Assembly (NCBI GenBank): GCA_038316995.1
Contig: JBBQAZ010000002.1
Span: 19 to 64,018, forward strand
Direction: 5' to 3'
DNA from: Candidatus Saccharimonadales bacterium
GTDB taxonomy: Bacteria > Patescibacteriota > Saccharimonadia > Saccharimonadales > JAXHNE01
DNA: 64,000 nucleotides
Shown: in pieces, positions 18,977-27,490 of the stretch
Position numbering within the stretch: the stretch's first letter is position 1
How the letters are laid out: the number at the start of each line of letters is the position of its first letter
Notes under the pieces: generated by a model
What the model was told of the DNA's origin: nothing
The model's input: only the letters and a program-made list of their open reading frames with translations
The model's database searches: none
Made by a program: the position numbers and the translations under genes

Positions 18977-20371
18977 TTAGCGTGATTTTAGTTTTTGGCA
19001 GGCTTTTCTGACAGCTTCACTCCAAGTAGGGAAGGCGTGAACAGTTTCTGCGACCTGACGTGCGGTAAGGTGGTTTTGAACTGCTAGCGTAAGCTCATGA
19101 ATCATTTCGCCAGCACGTGGGCTGATAATACTTGCTCCTAGCAGCGTTCCTTGCTTACCAGCGATAACTTTTACGAAACCGCTATCAACACCAGATGTGT
19201 TAGCTCTGCCAATTACAGTAATTGGAACAGCGGACACTTGGTAAACTATCTTCTTTTCTTGTAGTTGAGCTTCTGTATAGCCTACGCAGGCAACTTCTGG
19301 ATCGGTGAATACACAGCGCGGAATTGCATAATACTTGGCTTTCATTTTGCCTTCACGGTGGAACATGTTGTGAGCAGCAATACGACTTTGGTAGGCGGCA
19401 GTGTGGGTGAAACGATACGGTCCAACAACGTCACCAGCGGCATAGATATGCTTATTACTGGTTTGCATGAATTCATTCACAGAAATTCCATTGCGGTTGT
19501 ACTCTACGCCAGCATTTTCAAGTCCTATATCGGTGTTTGCTACTTTTCCAGATGCCAGCAGAATCTCATCGACGCTTACAGACTGAGTCTTGCCATTACT
19601 TTCAAAACTAACAATTTTTAGAGTTCCTTTTTTGGCTACTCGAGTTACCCGAACACCAGTGTGAACCTCTATGCCTTTTCGCTCAAACAATGCACCAAGA
19701 AGTTGTCCGACTTCCGGATCTTCTAGACAGAGTAATCTGTCTGCCATATCAGCAATGTGCACTTTTGTGCCAAAAGTGCTAAACAGTTCACTAAATTCAC
19801 AGCCAATTGCTCCACCGCCTATGATAAAAAGTGACTTTGGTGGTTTTTCTAGGTCGATTGCTTCACGGTAAGTTATAAATCCTGCGTCCGTAAGTCCCGG
19901 AATTGGCGGAACGACTGATTTTGTACCAGTTGCAATCAAAAATTGTTTAGAACTAAACCGTTTTCCATCAACAGATATTCTCCAGGGATCAATAAAATGA
20001 GCATAACCGTGGATGGTTTCTATTCCTTCCTGAGCAAAGAACTCTGCGCCTTCCTGAGTGCCAGTATTACTAACGGTAATTGTTTTCCAGGCTTTAATTT
20101 TCTTATAATCAAAACCGACATTGGTTGCCTTCAGACCAAATCGCTCTCCTTCTTTGGCTGTTTTGTAGGTTTCTGCTGCTTGCAGTAATGCTTTTGTAGG
20201 AACGCAGCCAAAGTTTGGGCACTCCCCGCCAAGCTTTTCCGCCTCTACGACAGCGACTTTTTTGCCGGCTTGACGTGCTTGATGTGCTGCAACTCCACCT
20301 CCTGCACCTGTTCCAATAACAATTAAATCGTAGTCAAAATATGCTGGTTTTTTATGCTTAACCTTGTGCAT
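18977..20371 (-). CDS. class-I pyridine nucleotide-disulfide oxidoreductase (dihydrolipoyl dehydrogenase/glutathione reductase-like)
   Basis: GTGAGGGVAA FAD fold, redox centre GGECPNFGCVPTK, C-terminal HAFPTWSE His-Glu motif. Confidence 0.8.
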   Translation of the reverse strand: MHKVKHKKPAYFDYDLIVIGTGAGGGVAAHQARQAGKKVAVVEAEKLGGECPNFGCVPTKALLQAAETYKTAKEGERFGLKATNVGFDYKKIKAWKTITVSNTGTQEGAEFFAQEGIETIHGYAHFIDPWRISVDGKRFSSKQFLIATGTKSVVPPIPGLTDAGFITYREAIDLEKPPKSLFIIGGGAIGCEFSELFSTFGTKVHIADMADRLLCLEDPEVGQLLGALFERKGIEVHTGVRVTRVAKKGTLKIVSFESNGKTQSVSVDEILLASGKVANTDIGLENAGVEYNRNGISVNEFMQTSNKHIYAAGDVVGPYRFTHTAAYQSRIAAHNMFHREGKMKAKYYAIPRCVFTDPEVACVGYTEAQLQEKKIVYQVSAVPITVIGRANTSGVDSGFVKVIAGKQGTLLGASIISPRAGEMIHELTLAVQNHLTARQVAETVHAFPTWSEAVRKACQKLKSR

Positions 20372-20374
20372 GGT

Positions 20375-20644
20375 CTACCAGATTACTCGGTGATGTAAAT
20401 ATATATGAGCAGCATCTGGATTAATAGTTTGCAGTAGTGAGTGAGCAGTTTTACGGATATCGTTGCTGGTTACTTCGTGTTTTTTTTCTAGCCAGACACC
20501 AAAATCTTTTACCACTCTGTCGGCAATCACTTCTGCTGCACCTGGGTGTTCACGAACAGAAAGGCAGGCTGCATAGATGCTAGCATAAAGCTTTTTTTCG
20601 TCGTAGGCTTCGGTGTGTTGTCCGCGTTTTATAATATGCTTCAT
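20375..20644 (-). CDS. stand-alone ATP-cone domain protein
   Basis: The 89-aa MKHIIKRGQHTEAYDEKKLYASIYAA...VTSNDIRKTAHSLLQTINPDAAHIYLHHR matches the ATP-cone pattern of NrdR/RNR N-termini. Confidence 0.6.
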   Translation of the reverse strand: MKHIIKRGQHTEAYDEKKLYASIYAACLSVREHPGAAEVIADRVVKDFGVWLEKKHEVTSNDIRKTAHSLLQTINPDAAHIYLHHRVIW

Positions 20645-20649
20645 TTTAT

Positions 20650-21354
20650 TTACCCAAAGTTCACTGTTCCGTTAGCTATTAAAATCAATATCCAACCTAG
20701 AGAAACTAACAATAATCCCATAAACAGTCGCATTGTTCCTTTGCTCTCTTCTTTCCATTTTGATACAGAGCTTATCTTTGCTCCACCAGCAACCATGATG
20801 AGTATCACAATAAGCGGAGCAATGAATATAAGGTTGTAAAGAACCATCATCATAAAGGCCACAAAGTTAAAGTCGATACGAAGAATAGTAATAATTGCAA
20901 GATAAGGCGCACCTGTACATGGCAGCTCAACTGCAGCTACGAATGCGCCAAGGAAGGCTATGCCGAAAACACTGGTTTTTGTCGTAGAATACTCGTGTAT
21001 TTTATTGGCGAAATATGGAGGTATCTGCAAGCTAAAACCTTTGCCATACCAAAAATAATCTTTTATTTCGAATATTCCACCCAATACGACGAGTGCCGCC
21101 ACGAATAATGATAAATACTCTGCAATAACAATAGGAACAGCAGCAAAGAAGTAGACGAGTCCAAGACCGGCGATCAAGTAAGTAGCAAAAATAGCACCAA
21201 TATATACAAAACCGTTTAGCAGTAGTTTTCTGGTGCTACCACCTTGGCCCAAGATTACAGAAACCATCAGTATAAGAACACCAATTGCACATGGATTAAT
21301 TGAGTCAATCGCTGCAGATGCAATTACCAGCCCTAATGTGGGAAGATCTATCAT
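20650..21354 (-). CDS. CcdA/DsbD-family thiol:disulfide electron-transfer membrane protein
   Basis: 6-TM protein with the DSINPCA motif in TM1 and a second Cys (ELPCTGAPY) in TM4. Confidence 0.75.
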   Translation of the reverse strand: MIDLPTLGLVIASAAIDSINPCAIGVLILMVSVILGQGGSTRKLLLNGFVYIGAIFATYLIAGLGLVYFFAAVPIVIAEYLSLFVAALVVLGGIFEIKDYFWYGKGFSLQIPPYFANKIHEYSTTKTSVFGIAFLGAFVAAVELPCTGAPYLAIITILRIDFNFVAFMMMVLYNLIFIAPLIVILIMVAGGAKISSVSKWKEESKGTMRLFMGLLLVSLGWILILIANGTVNFG

Positions 21355-22460
21355 TATAACTCCTCCTCGTTCGTAGAATTTATGCAGGGTTCAGTTATGC
21401 ACACAATATCATCATCAGGATTTTGTTCCGGTGTGTCATTGCATGGTTGTGGGTTTGCTGGATCATAGAGACACGCGTTGGAGGTTCCTGGACTGTCTGA
21501 ATTTAATGGTAGATCTTGTGCATTTAATTCCGTCGGTCGGTTTACTTCGCGGATATAGCAAAGACTTGGATCGTATTCTTTGACCCCAAAGCTTGTACAC
21601 TTCCCAACATCTTTAATACCATATTGTTCACAAATTTTATCTGTTGCAGCTTTTGGCGAGTCATATTCTACAATCACGCAATCACCAGGAGGGCCAAGTA
21701 GTGATTTGTCTCTCATGACGTAGCTTTTTGGATCTTCAAGTTTTTCTTGCGAATACGTATCGTCGTCTTCATTGAAGCTGTATACGAATACCTGTACTTC
21801 TGCCGGCGCAGCATTATCGTTACATCGTTGTCCGTTACGAAGTTGTAATACTTCACTCTCAGGACCTTGTTTTATCCATTCGCCGTTGTTTGTAGCAAGA
21901 GCAAAATTCTCTTCGGGCTGCGGGTCACCGTCACGTTGATCATCTTTGACAAATAATGCAGCACTGTCTTGGCTGATAGGAACATCAATACCAATGTCTG
22001 AAATTGAACCACCGGTAACAGCCATGAACTTCTCAAGTGAAGCGTCATATTCTTTTTCTACGACAACACCCTCTAGGTGAATGAACTTATCGTTATGTTC
22101 GTGGTATGTCGATGAACCGACTTTATTAGACAGAAAACCATCTGGATCTCGCAGATTTATTTCTGCACCACAAGACCAAAATTCTATACCAGCGTGCCAG
22201 TGAACAGGACCACCTGAGTCACTTTTTAAATTAAGATAGACAGTACTTCCTGTAAGTAGTAGTGTGCTCCCGGCCATGATTCCAGCCATTCCTATAAATA
22301 AAGGTAATTTAAAGTACTTTTGGATTTTATCAGGCGCTTTATTTACGACTACTGCAATTATCGTAAGCACTACAAGAACAATTGCCGATACCACGACAGT
22401 ACGAACTGCCAGGCTACTTATTTGTGTTTCGAGATCCGCGGATGCCAGAATTTCTATCAA
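21354..22460 (-). CDS. membrane-anchored Cys- and His-rich extracytoplasmic protein, hypothetical
   Basis: Two N-terminal TM helices, then a domain with VHWHAGIEFWSCG...YHEHNDKFIHLEG and many Cys. Start overlaps the CcdA gene (ATGA-type coupling at 21354). Confidence 0.55.
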   Translation of the reverse strand: MIEILASADLETQISSLAVRTVVVSAIVLVVLTIIAVVVNKAPDKIQKYFKLPLFIGMAGIMAGSTLLLTGSTVYLNLKSDSGGPVHWHAGIEFWSCGAEINLRDPDGFLSNKVGSSTYHEHNDKFIHLEGVVVEKEYDASLEKFMAVTGGSISDIGIDVPISQDSAALFVKDDQRDGDPQPEENFALATNNGEWIKQGPESEVLQLRNGQRCNDNAAPAEVQVFVYSFNEDDDTYSQEKLEDPKSYVMRDKSLLGPPGDCVIVEYDSPKAATDKICEQYGIKDVGKCTSFGVKEYDPSLCYIREVNRPTELNAQDLPLNSDSPGTSNACLYDPANPQPCNDTPEQNPDDDIVCITEPCINSTNEEEL

Positions 22461-22567
22461 GGTGTTCCCACTCTACTTGTTTTTGCTTATGTTATAAAAA
22501 CACTATAACATGTAGATAAGCATTAACGTAAATAGAAAAATAAAATTTACTATAGGGGGGATTCTTA

Positions 22568-25246
22568 ATGTCAAGGTGGTATGAACTTAGTCCTGCGGCA
22601 GTACTCAAAAAGCAAAATGTAACAGCAGAATCCGGTCTTTCTAACACAGAAGCAACTAATCGCTTAAAACAATATGGAAATAATGAGCTCCACGGGGCTA
22701 AAAAGCTAAATCCTTTTAAATTATTCATAAGTCAATTTAATGACGTGTTAGTGATTGTTCTTATAATAGCGGCGGTAGTTTCTTTTGCTGTTTCCTTTGC
22801 AGAAGAAGGTGGTAGTCAGAAAGAATCATTACTTATTATTGCAATTGTAATCGCAATTGCACTCGTCGGATTCTTTAATGAATTCAAAGCAGAAAAAACA
22901 ATCGAAGCCCTAAAGCAGTTAGTTGGGTTTAAAGCCAGAGTTCGCCGTGGAGGCGAGACCATGGAAATAGAAGCGATAGATGTGGTACCAGGAGACATAG
23001 TGCTTTTAGAAGCTGGGCAGAAAATCCCAGCAGACGTACGCATATTAGATGCAAGCGAGCTCAAGGCAAATGAAGCTTCGTTAACTGGTGAATCGTTGCC
23101 TGTTAGCAAAAACGCTGCGGTATATAAAGGTGATCTACCACTTGGCGATCAAAAATCAATGCTGTTTGCCGGGACCTTTCTTACAAACGGTACTGGAATC
23201 GGAGTTGTGGTAGCAACGGGTCAATCAACAGAAATTGGCAAGATTGCACAGTTAGTAAACGACGTCGAGGTAGAGGCCACACCAATGCAACAAAAACTTG
23301 ATGACTTAGGTAAGAAACTCGGCTACGTAATTGCGGCTATTTGTTTGGCTGTGTTCTTTATCATCTTCTTTTTTGTCAAAGAAGAAGGACAATCAACGAT
23401 ACATCATGTAATATTTGCATTTACGGCTGCGGTAGCTTTGGCTGTTGCGGCCATTCCGGAAGGTTTGGCATTTGTGGTTCGTATTAGTTTAGCGCTTGGA
23501 GCACGGCGCATGGCTGGTAAGAACGCACTTGTGCGCAAGCTTTCTGCAGTAGAGGCGCTTGGGTCAACCGACATTATTTGTTCAGATAAAACCGGCACAC
23601 TAACCAAAGGTGAAATGACTGTACGAAATATCTGGGTAAACGAAACAACCGTAGAAGTAAGCGGTGCGGGATACGAAACAGAAGGCGATTTCAATAAGAA
23701 ACCTAAATCATTAGAACAATTACTTCTTGTAGGCGCTCTTTGTAATAATTCTAGCCTTCATAAAGGCGGGGTTATTGGAGATCCAACAGAAGGTGCACTT
23801 ATTGTATCGGCTGCAAAGCTAGGGCTTACATCGGCGTCACTTTCTAAAAAATGGAAAAGAATAAAAGAGATTCCATTTAGCTCCGAGCGTAAAATGATGA
23901 GCAGCATACATAAATCTGGCAGTACGTATTTAGTAGCAACAAAGGGTGCAAAAGAATCAGTTTTAGCAAAATGTACTAGTTACGTCGGTAAAGATGGCAA
24001 ATCTCACAAAATGACGGAAGCCATGAAGAAAACAATTGCAGCCCAAAATATTTCTTATGCGTCAGATGCTCTCCGTGTTTTGGCCTTTGCCTATAAAGAG
24101 GGCACGTCAGAGCCGAAAGGTAATTCTGTAGAATCTGGACTAACATTTGTAGGCTTGCAGGCTATGATGGACCCACCTCGTAAAGAAGTTATAGAGGTTA
24201 TTCATCGTGTCCAGTCAGAAGCAGGTATGCGTGTAGTTATGATTACCGGTGATTATGTAGAAACCGCCAAGGCAATCGCAACAGAAATTGGGCTAAAAGG
24301 CGCAGCTATTTCTGGTCCAGAGCTCGATAAAATGACTCAAAAACAGTTTGAAGACCAAGTAGAGGACATTAGTGTTTACGCCCGCGTAAACCCAGAACAC
24401 AAGATTAGAATTGTCCAGGCACTTAAAAAGCGTGGGCACCAGGTTGCGATGACGGGCGACGGCGTGAACGACGCACCAGCTATTAAAGCCGCCGACATCG
24501 GTATTGCCATGGGTATTACAGGAACAGACGTTGCCAAAGAAGCAGCCGACCTTATTCTGTTAGACGACCAGTTCTTGACTATCGTAAATGCCATAGAAGA
24601 AGGACGGGGCATTTTCGATAACGTCCGCAAGTTTGTTAACTTTCTCATCAGCTGTAACATTGCAGAGGTTATTGCCGTGGTGCTTGGTATCTTGCTGTTC
24701 AATGACCTTATTCTTACCGCCGCGCAGCTATTGTTTATTAACATCGTGACAGATGGCTTACCGGCAGTAGCTTTGGGTTCCGATCCTTCACAGGATAATA
24801 TTTTGAGTTCTAAGCCTCAGCGTTTCCAAGAAGCAATTTTGACCAAGCGGGTGTGGGCAGAAATCATAATCTTTGGTTCGCTCATGAGCATACTTCTGGT
24901 TGGTCAGTTCTGGTACAACCGTGGCAATGAAAGCCACTTTGCGGCCGTATCGGCAGCTTTTGCCACTATGGTAGTTTACGAGCTCGTTAGGCTTATAGAC
25001 ATCCGTACAGACTACAAGATCAAGTGGCTATCTAACCCGTGGCTTACAGTAGCGCTTGTTTCATCATTTGCACTACAAATATTAGTCTTGTACTTTACTC
25101 CATTAGCACGTTACTTTGACGTTGGTCCACTTGCGGCTCACGATTGGCTTATTATGCTAGGCGGCTCGCTCTTCCTCATTACATTCATGAAACTTCTAAA
25201 TCCAGTTCTAGACAGGATCATTAGCCCAGAACACTCCACAGCTTAG
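22568..25246 (+). CDS. P2-type cation-transporting P-type ATPase (Ca2+/cation pump-like)
   Basis: TGES, PEGLA, DKTGTLT and TGDGVNDAPAIK motifs; 892 aa with 10-TM architecture. Confidence 0.85.
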   Translation: MSRWYELSPAAVLKKQNVTAESGLSNTEATNRLKQYGNNELHGAKKLNPFKLFISQFNDVLVIVLIIAAVVSFAVSFAEEGGSQKESLLIIAIVIAIALVGFFNEFKAEKTIEALKQLVGFKARVRRGGETMEIEAIDVVPGDIVLLEAGQKIPADVRILDASELKANEASLTGESLPVSKNAAVYKGDLPLGDQKSMLFAGTFLTNGTGIGVVVATGQSTEIGKIAQLVNDVEVEATPMQQKLDDLGKKLGYVIAAICLAVFFIIFFFVKEEGQSTIHHVIFAFTAAVALAVAAIPEGLAFVVRISLALGARRMAGKNALVRKLSAVEALGSTDIICSDKTGTLTKGEMTVRNIWVNETTVEVSGAGYETEGDFNKKPKSLEQLLLVGALCNNSSLHKGGVIGDPTEGALIVSAAKLGLTSASLSKKWKRIKEIPFSSERKMMSSIHKSGSTYLVATKGAKESVLAKCTSYVGKDGKSHKMTEAMKKTIAAQNISYASDALRVLAFAYKEGTSEPKGNSVESGLTFVGLQAMMDPPRKEVIEVIHRVQSEAGMRVVMITGDYVETAKAIATEIGLKGAAISGPELDKMTQKQFEDQVEDISVYARVNPEHKIRIVQALKKRGHQVAMTGDGVNDAPAIKAADIGIAMGITGTDVAKEAADLILLDDQFLTIVNAIEEGRGIFDNVRKFVNFLISCNIAEVIAVVLGILLFNDLILTAAQLLFINIVTDGLPAVALGSDPSQDNILSSKPQRFQEAILTKRVWAEIIIFGSLMSILLVGQFWYNRGNESHFAAVSAAFATMVVYELVRLIDIRTDYKIKWLSNPWLTVALVSSFALQILVLYFTPLARYFDVGPLAAHDWLIMLGGSLFLITFMKLLNPVLDRIISPEHSTA

Positions 25247-25255
25247 TAAACAGTA

Positions 25256-25284
25256 TTGACAAATAAGCAAAAGCGGTATATACT
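25256..25284 (+). promoter_or_regulatory. near-consensus sigma70-type promoter
   Basis: TTGACA (25256-25261), 17-nt spacer, TATACT (25279-25284), directly after the ATPase stop. Confidence 0.5.
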
Positions 25285-25511
25285 GTTGTTGTTACTTCAA
25301 AAAATTAACATACAAAAATATGTAAGACAGTAACCGCTTGTTAGCAAACTTTAGTTCACAGCCACGGCTTAGAACGAAAACTTACTTTCAAGTATAGAAG
25401 AATCCGCGTATAGTAATACGTGCAGATTTAAAAACAAAAATACAAAAAGGTGCACTTGATTATAACTTTCGCAAATAATCAAGTGTGCCACTAAGAAAGG
25501 CATTACAAAAA

Positions 25512-25655
25512 ATGTTAGGACTTGGAACAAAAGAATCACCAAAAGTAAAAGATGATAAATCTTCAAAAAAATCATCTGCTCAGAGCGATGAAGCAAAGAA
25601 GATTTTAGAGCAAATGGAAGCCAAAAAAGCCGACGGAGATTGCCCGTTCTGCTAG
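25512..25655 (+). CDS. possible 47-aa Lys-rich peptide ending DGDCPFC
   Basis: Hand translation gives MLGLGTKESPKVKDDKSSKKSSAQSDEAKKILEQMEAKKADGDCPFC*. A strong hairpin terminator follows, but the SD is weak. Confidence 0.4.
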   Translation: MLGLGTKESPKVKDDKSSKKSSAQSDEAKKILEQMEAKKADGDCPFC

Positions 25656-25673
25656 TCTCATCACTAACTTAAT

Positions 25674-25705
25674 AAAACAACTAAGAAGAAATTCTTAGTT
25701 GTTTT
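25674..25705 (+). terminator. hairpin terminator
   Basis: 14-bp stem AAAACAACTAAGAA/TTCTTAGTTGTTTT with loop gaaa. Confidence 0.65.
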
Positions 25706-25805
25706 ATTGTCATTAGTAAATATATGACGCAAAAGGCGCTGGATTAAAAAAATTGAGCTAAGTTTGTTTTGGGTGTGTATCCGTTGGCGGTTCGTGAGAC
25801 AATAA

Positions 25806-26108
25806 ATGCATATGGTTTTTTTATCAGAATTCAATGAAGCACAATCTATATTCGAAATAATAGCTGGGCAGCCGTTTTTTGTGTCACTTCTGTTGGTTTC
25901 ATCTTTACTATTTGCTCTGTATACCGTACTCGAAAAGCTAAAGGTAAAGGGGCTGCAACGTGTATTGACGTTAATACCAGTAATACTTGCAATGGCTGTT
26001 TTTTACTTTGAACACGGTCCATTAATTGCGACAGTCCTGCTTTCTGTCGGTTTTCTACTTTCATTTATCATGGCGTTTGCGCAGTTAGGTGGTGGGGATA
26101 ATGGATAA
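25806..26108 (+). CDS. small membrane protein (3 TM), hypothetical
   Basis: 100-aa hydrophobic ORF whose stop overlaps the next start. Confidence 0.5.
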   Translation: MHMVFLSEFNEAQSIFEIIAGQPFFVSLLLVSSLLFALYTVLEKLKVKGLQRVLTLIPVILAMAVFYFEHGPLIATVLLSVGFLLSFIMAFAQLGGGDNG

Positions 26109-26553
26109 ACTAAAGACCATACTCCCCGGACTAATAAGTCATATAAAAAGCCTCCGCGATGTGCGTATCTTAGGACTCCATATCTTTATAATGATTGCGC
26201 TACTTGTAACATGGAATAGTGTTGGAGTAATTCAGACAAATTATGAACTTCAGCAGCAACTATCACGTATACAGCAAGAAAATAATATACGAAAACTACA
26301 GAATGATACGCTAGAGCTACGCAATCAGTATTTTGAGACAGATCAATACCTAGAATTAGCAGCTCGCAAGCAGTTTAATAAGGCAGAACCCGGGGAATCA
26401 GTTGTATTAATACCAAAAGAAGTTGCCTTGAAACATTCAACAGAAGAGTTAAAATTTGAAAAACCAGAAGAATCCGCTCCAACCAAGCCTAAATACCAAC
26501 AAAATTTTGAAGCTTGGATGGAATTCTTTTTCCGCCGTAATGCGGAAATTTAA
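26101..26553 (+). CDS. septum formation initiator family protein (FtsB/DivIC-like)
   Basis: One TM followed by the coiled coil NYELQQQLSRIQQENNIRKLQNDTLELRNQYFETDQYLELAARKQFN and PGE. ATG at 26101. Confidence 0.65.
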   Translation: MDKLKTILPGLISHIKSLRDVRILGLHIFIMIALLVTWNSVGVIQTNYELQQQLSRIQQENNIRKLQNDTLELRNQYFETDQYLELAARKQFNKAEPGESVVLIPKEVALKHSTEELKFEKPEESAPTKPKYQQNFEAWMEFFFRRNAEI

Positions 26554-26563
26554 GTACTGTTAG

Positions 26564-26866
26564 CTAGTCAGTTACTTTTACGTCTTGCCAGAAAGCAACG
26601 TGGTTCCGAAAGTCGTGTTTTACGCGATCAATTGCTGAATCTTTAGCGTTAGGGTAGCCAAACATGGCATCGTCTGACGTTTTGCCGTCAACCGTCACGT
26701 TGTAATACTGGCAGTCGCCTTTCCACGGGCAGGTATAAGGAGTGTCTGACTTCTCGTAGACACCTTCTTTTACGCTGCTTAGCGGGAAGTACCAGTTTCC
26801 CTCTATGTAAATTAAATCTTCCTTTGGCGCTTCAGCCACAGTTTGGCCGTTGAATACTGCTTTCAT
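26564..26866 (-). CDS. DUF427 domain protein
   Basis: IYIEGNWYFP, TPYTCPWKGDCQYYNV and HVAFW are characteristic of DUF427. Confidence 0.7.
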   Translation of the reverse strand: MKAVFNGQTVAEAPKEDLIYIEGNWYFPLSSVKEGVYEKSDTPYTCPWKGDCQYYNVTVDGKTSDDAMFGYPNAKDSAIDRVKHDFRNHVAFWQDVKVTD

Positions 26867-27120
26867 TATTTTATCTCCAATATTTCGTCTATTTTTTTAC
26901 GATCAAAACCTAGTATGTTTTCTTCTTTGCCATCTTTTTCTATGATGGTGAATGGTACGCCTAGTTGACCACTCTTGTCATAAAGCTCTTGAGCGATTTT
27001 TGGATCTTGATCGGCATGCTTTTCGCTGTACTCAATTCCTTTATCTTGTAGGTACCCTTTTAGCATTTTGCAGAATCCGCAGGTAGCGGTGCTATAAATT
27101 GTGATCTGTGCTGTAGACAT
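26866..27120 (-). CDS. glutaredoxin-like protein (NrdH/Grx family)
   Basis: ITIYSTATCGFCKMLKGYL CxxC motif in an 84-aa thioredoxin fold, plus GVPFTII. Confidence 0.75.
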   Translation of the reverse strand: MSTAQITIYSTATCGFCKMLKGYLQDKGIEYSEKHADQDPKIAQELYDKSGQLGVPFTIIEKDGKEENILGFDRKKIDEILEIK

Positions 27121-27132
27121 GATGTCCTCCTC

Positions 27133-27420
27133 CTATGTAACTTTATTTGCAGCTATTAGATTTGCAACGGCTACAACTGCAGGATCTGTGAGCCGTGGCC
27201 GATAACACATTTTCTGTCCATCGCGTGTCTTGCTTACCAATCCAGCTAACTCAAACATCCGAAAATGTTGCGATGTGGCTGAGACTGAAATGCCCAGCAG
27301 GGTTGATATTTCCGATACGCAAAGGTTGTTGCCGTCTAACAATATTTCAAACAATTTGAAACGAGTTTCATCGCCAAGAAGTTCCATGACTTTCTGTAGG
27401 TTATTAGAATCTTGTTCCAT
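27133..27420 (-). CDS. ArsR/SmtB-family transcriptional regulator
   Basis: FKLFEILLDGNNLCVSEISTLLGISVSATSQHFRMFELAGLV winged-HTH signature. Confidence 0.75.
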   Translation of the reverse strand: MEQDSNNLQKVMELLGDETRFKLFEILLDGNNLCVSEISTLLGISVSATSQHFRMFELAGLVSKTRDGQKMCYRPRLTDPAVVAVANLIAANKVT

Positions 27421-27433
27421 CTGTTCCCTGTAT

Positions 27434-27445
27434 TTAAACGTTTAA
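27434..27445. promoter_or_regulatory. 12-bp perfect palindrome TTAAACGTTTAA, candidate ArsR-type operator
   Basis: Read directly 14-25 nt upstream of the arsR-like start codon. Confidence 0.3.
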
Positions 27446-27490
27446 GCAACTACTTAATAGTACACCTTTGATTAGTGTTGTGTCAAGTTG

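Noticed and set aside
25271-25339. Long imperfect palindrome AAGCGGT-ata-TACTGT...ACAGTA-ACCGCTT after the ATPase gene, considered as its terminator.
   Set aside because: No T-run follows it. Its 5' arm coincides with the spacer and -10 of the 25256 promoter, so it would not be present intact in that transcript. Its function is undetermined.
25369-25596. 75-aa minus-strand ORF (Leu/Phe/Ile-rich).
   Set aside because: It lies in an AT-rich intergenic region, overlaps the plus-strand small ORF and leader hairpin, and has no SD. The composition is typical of random AT-rich frames.
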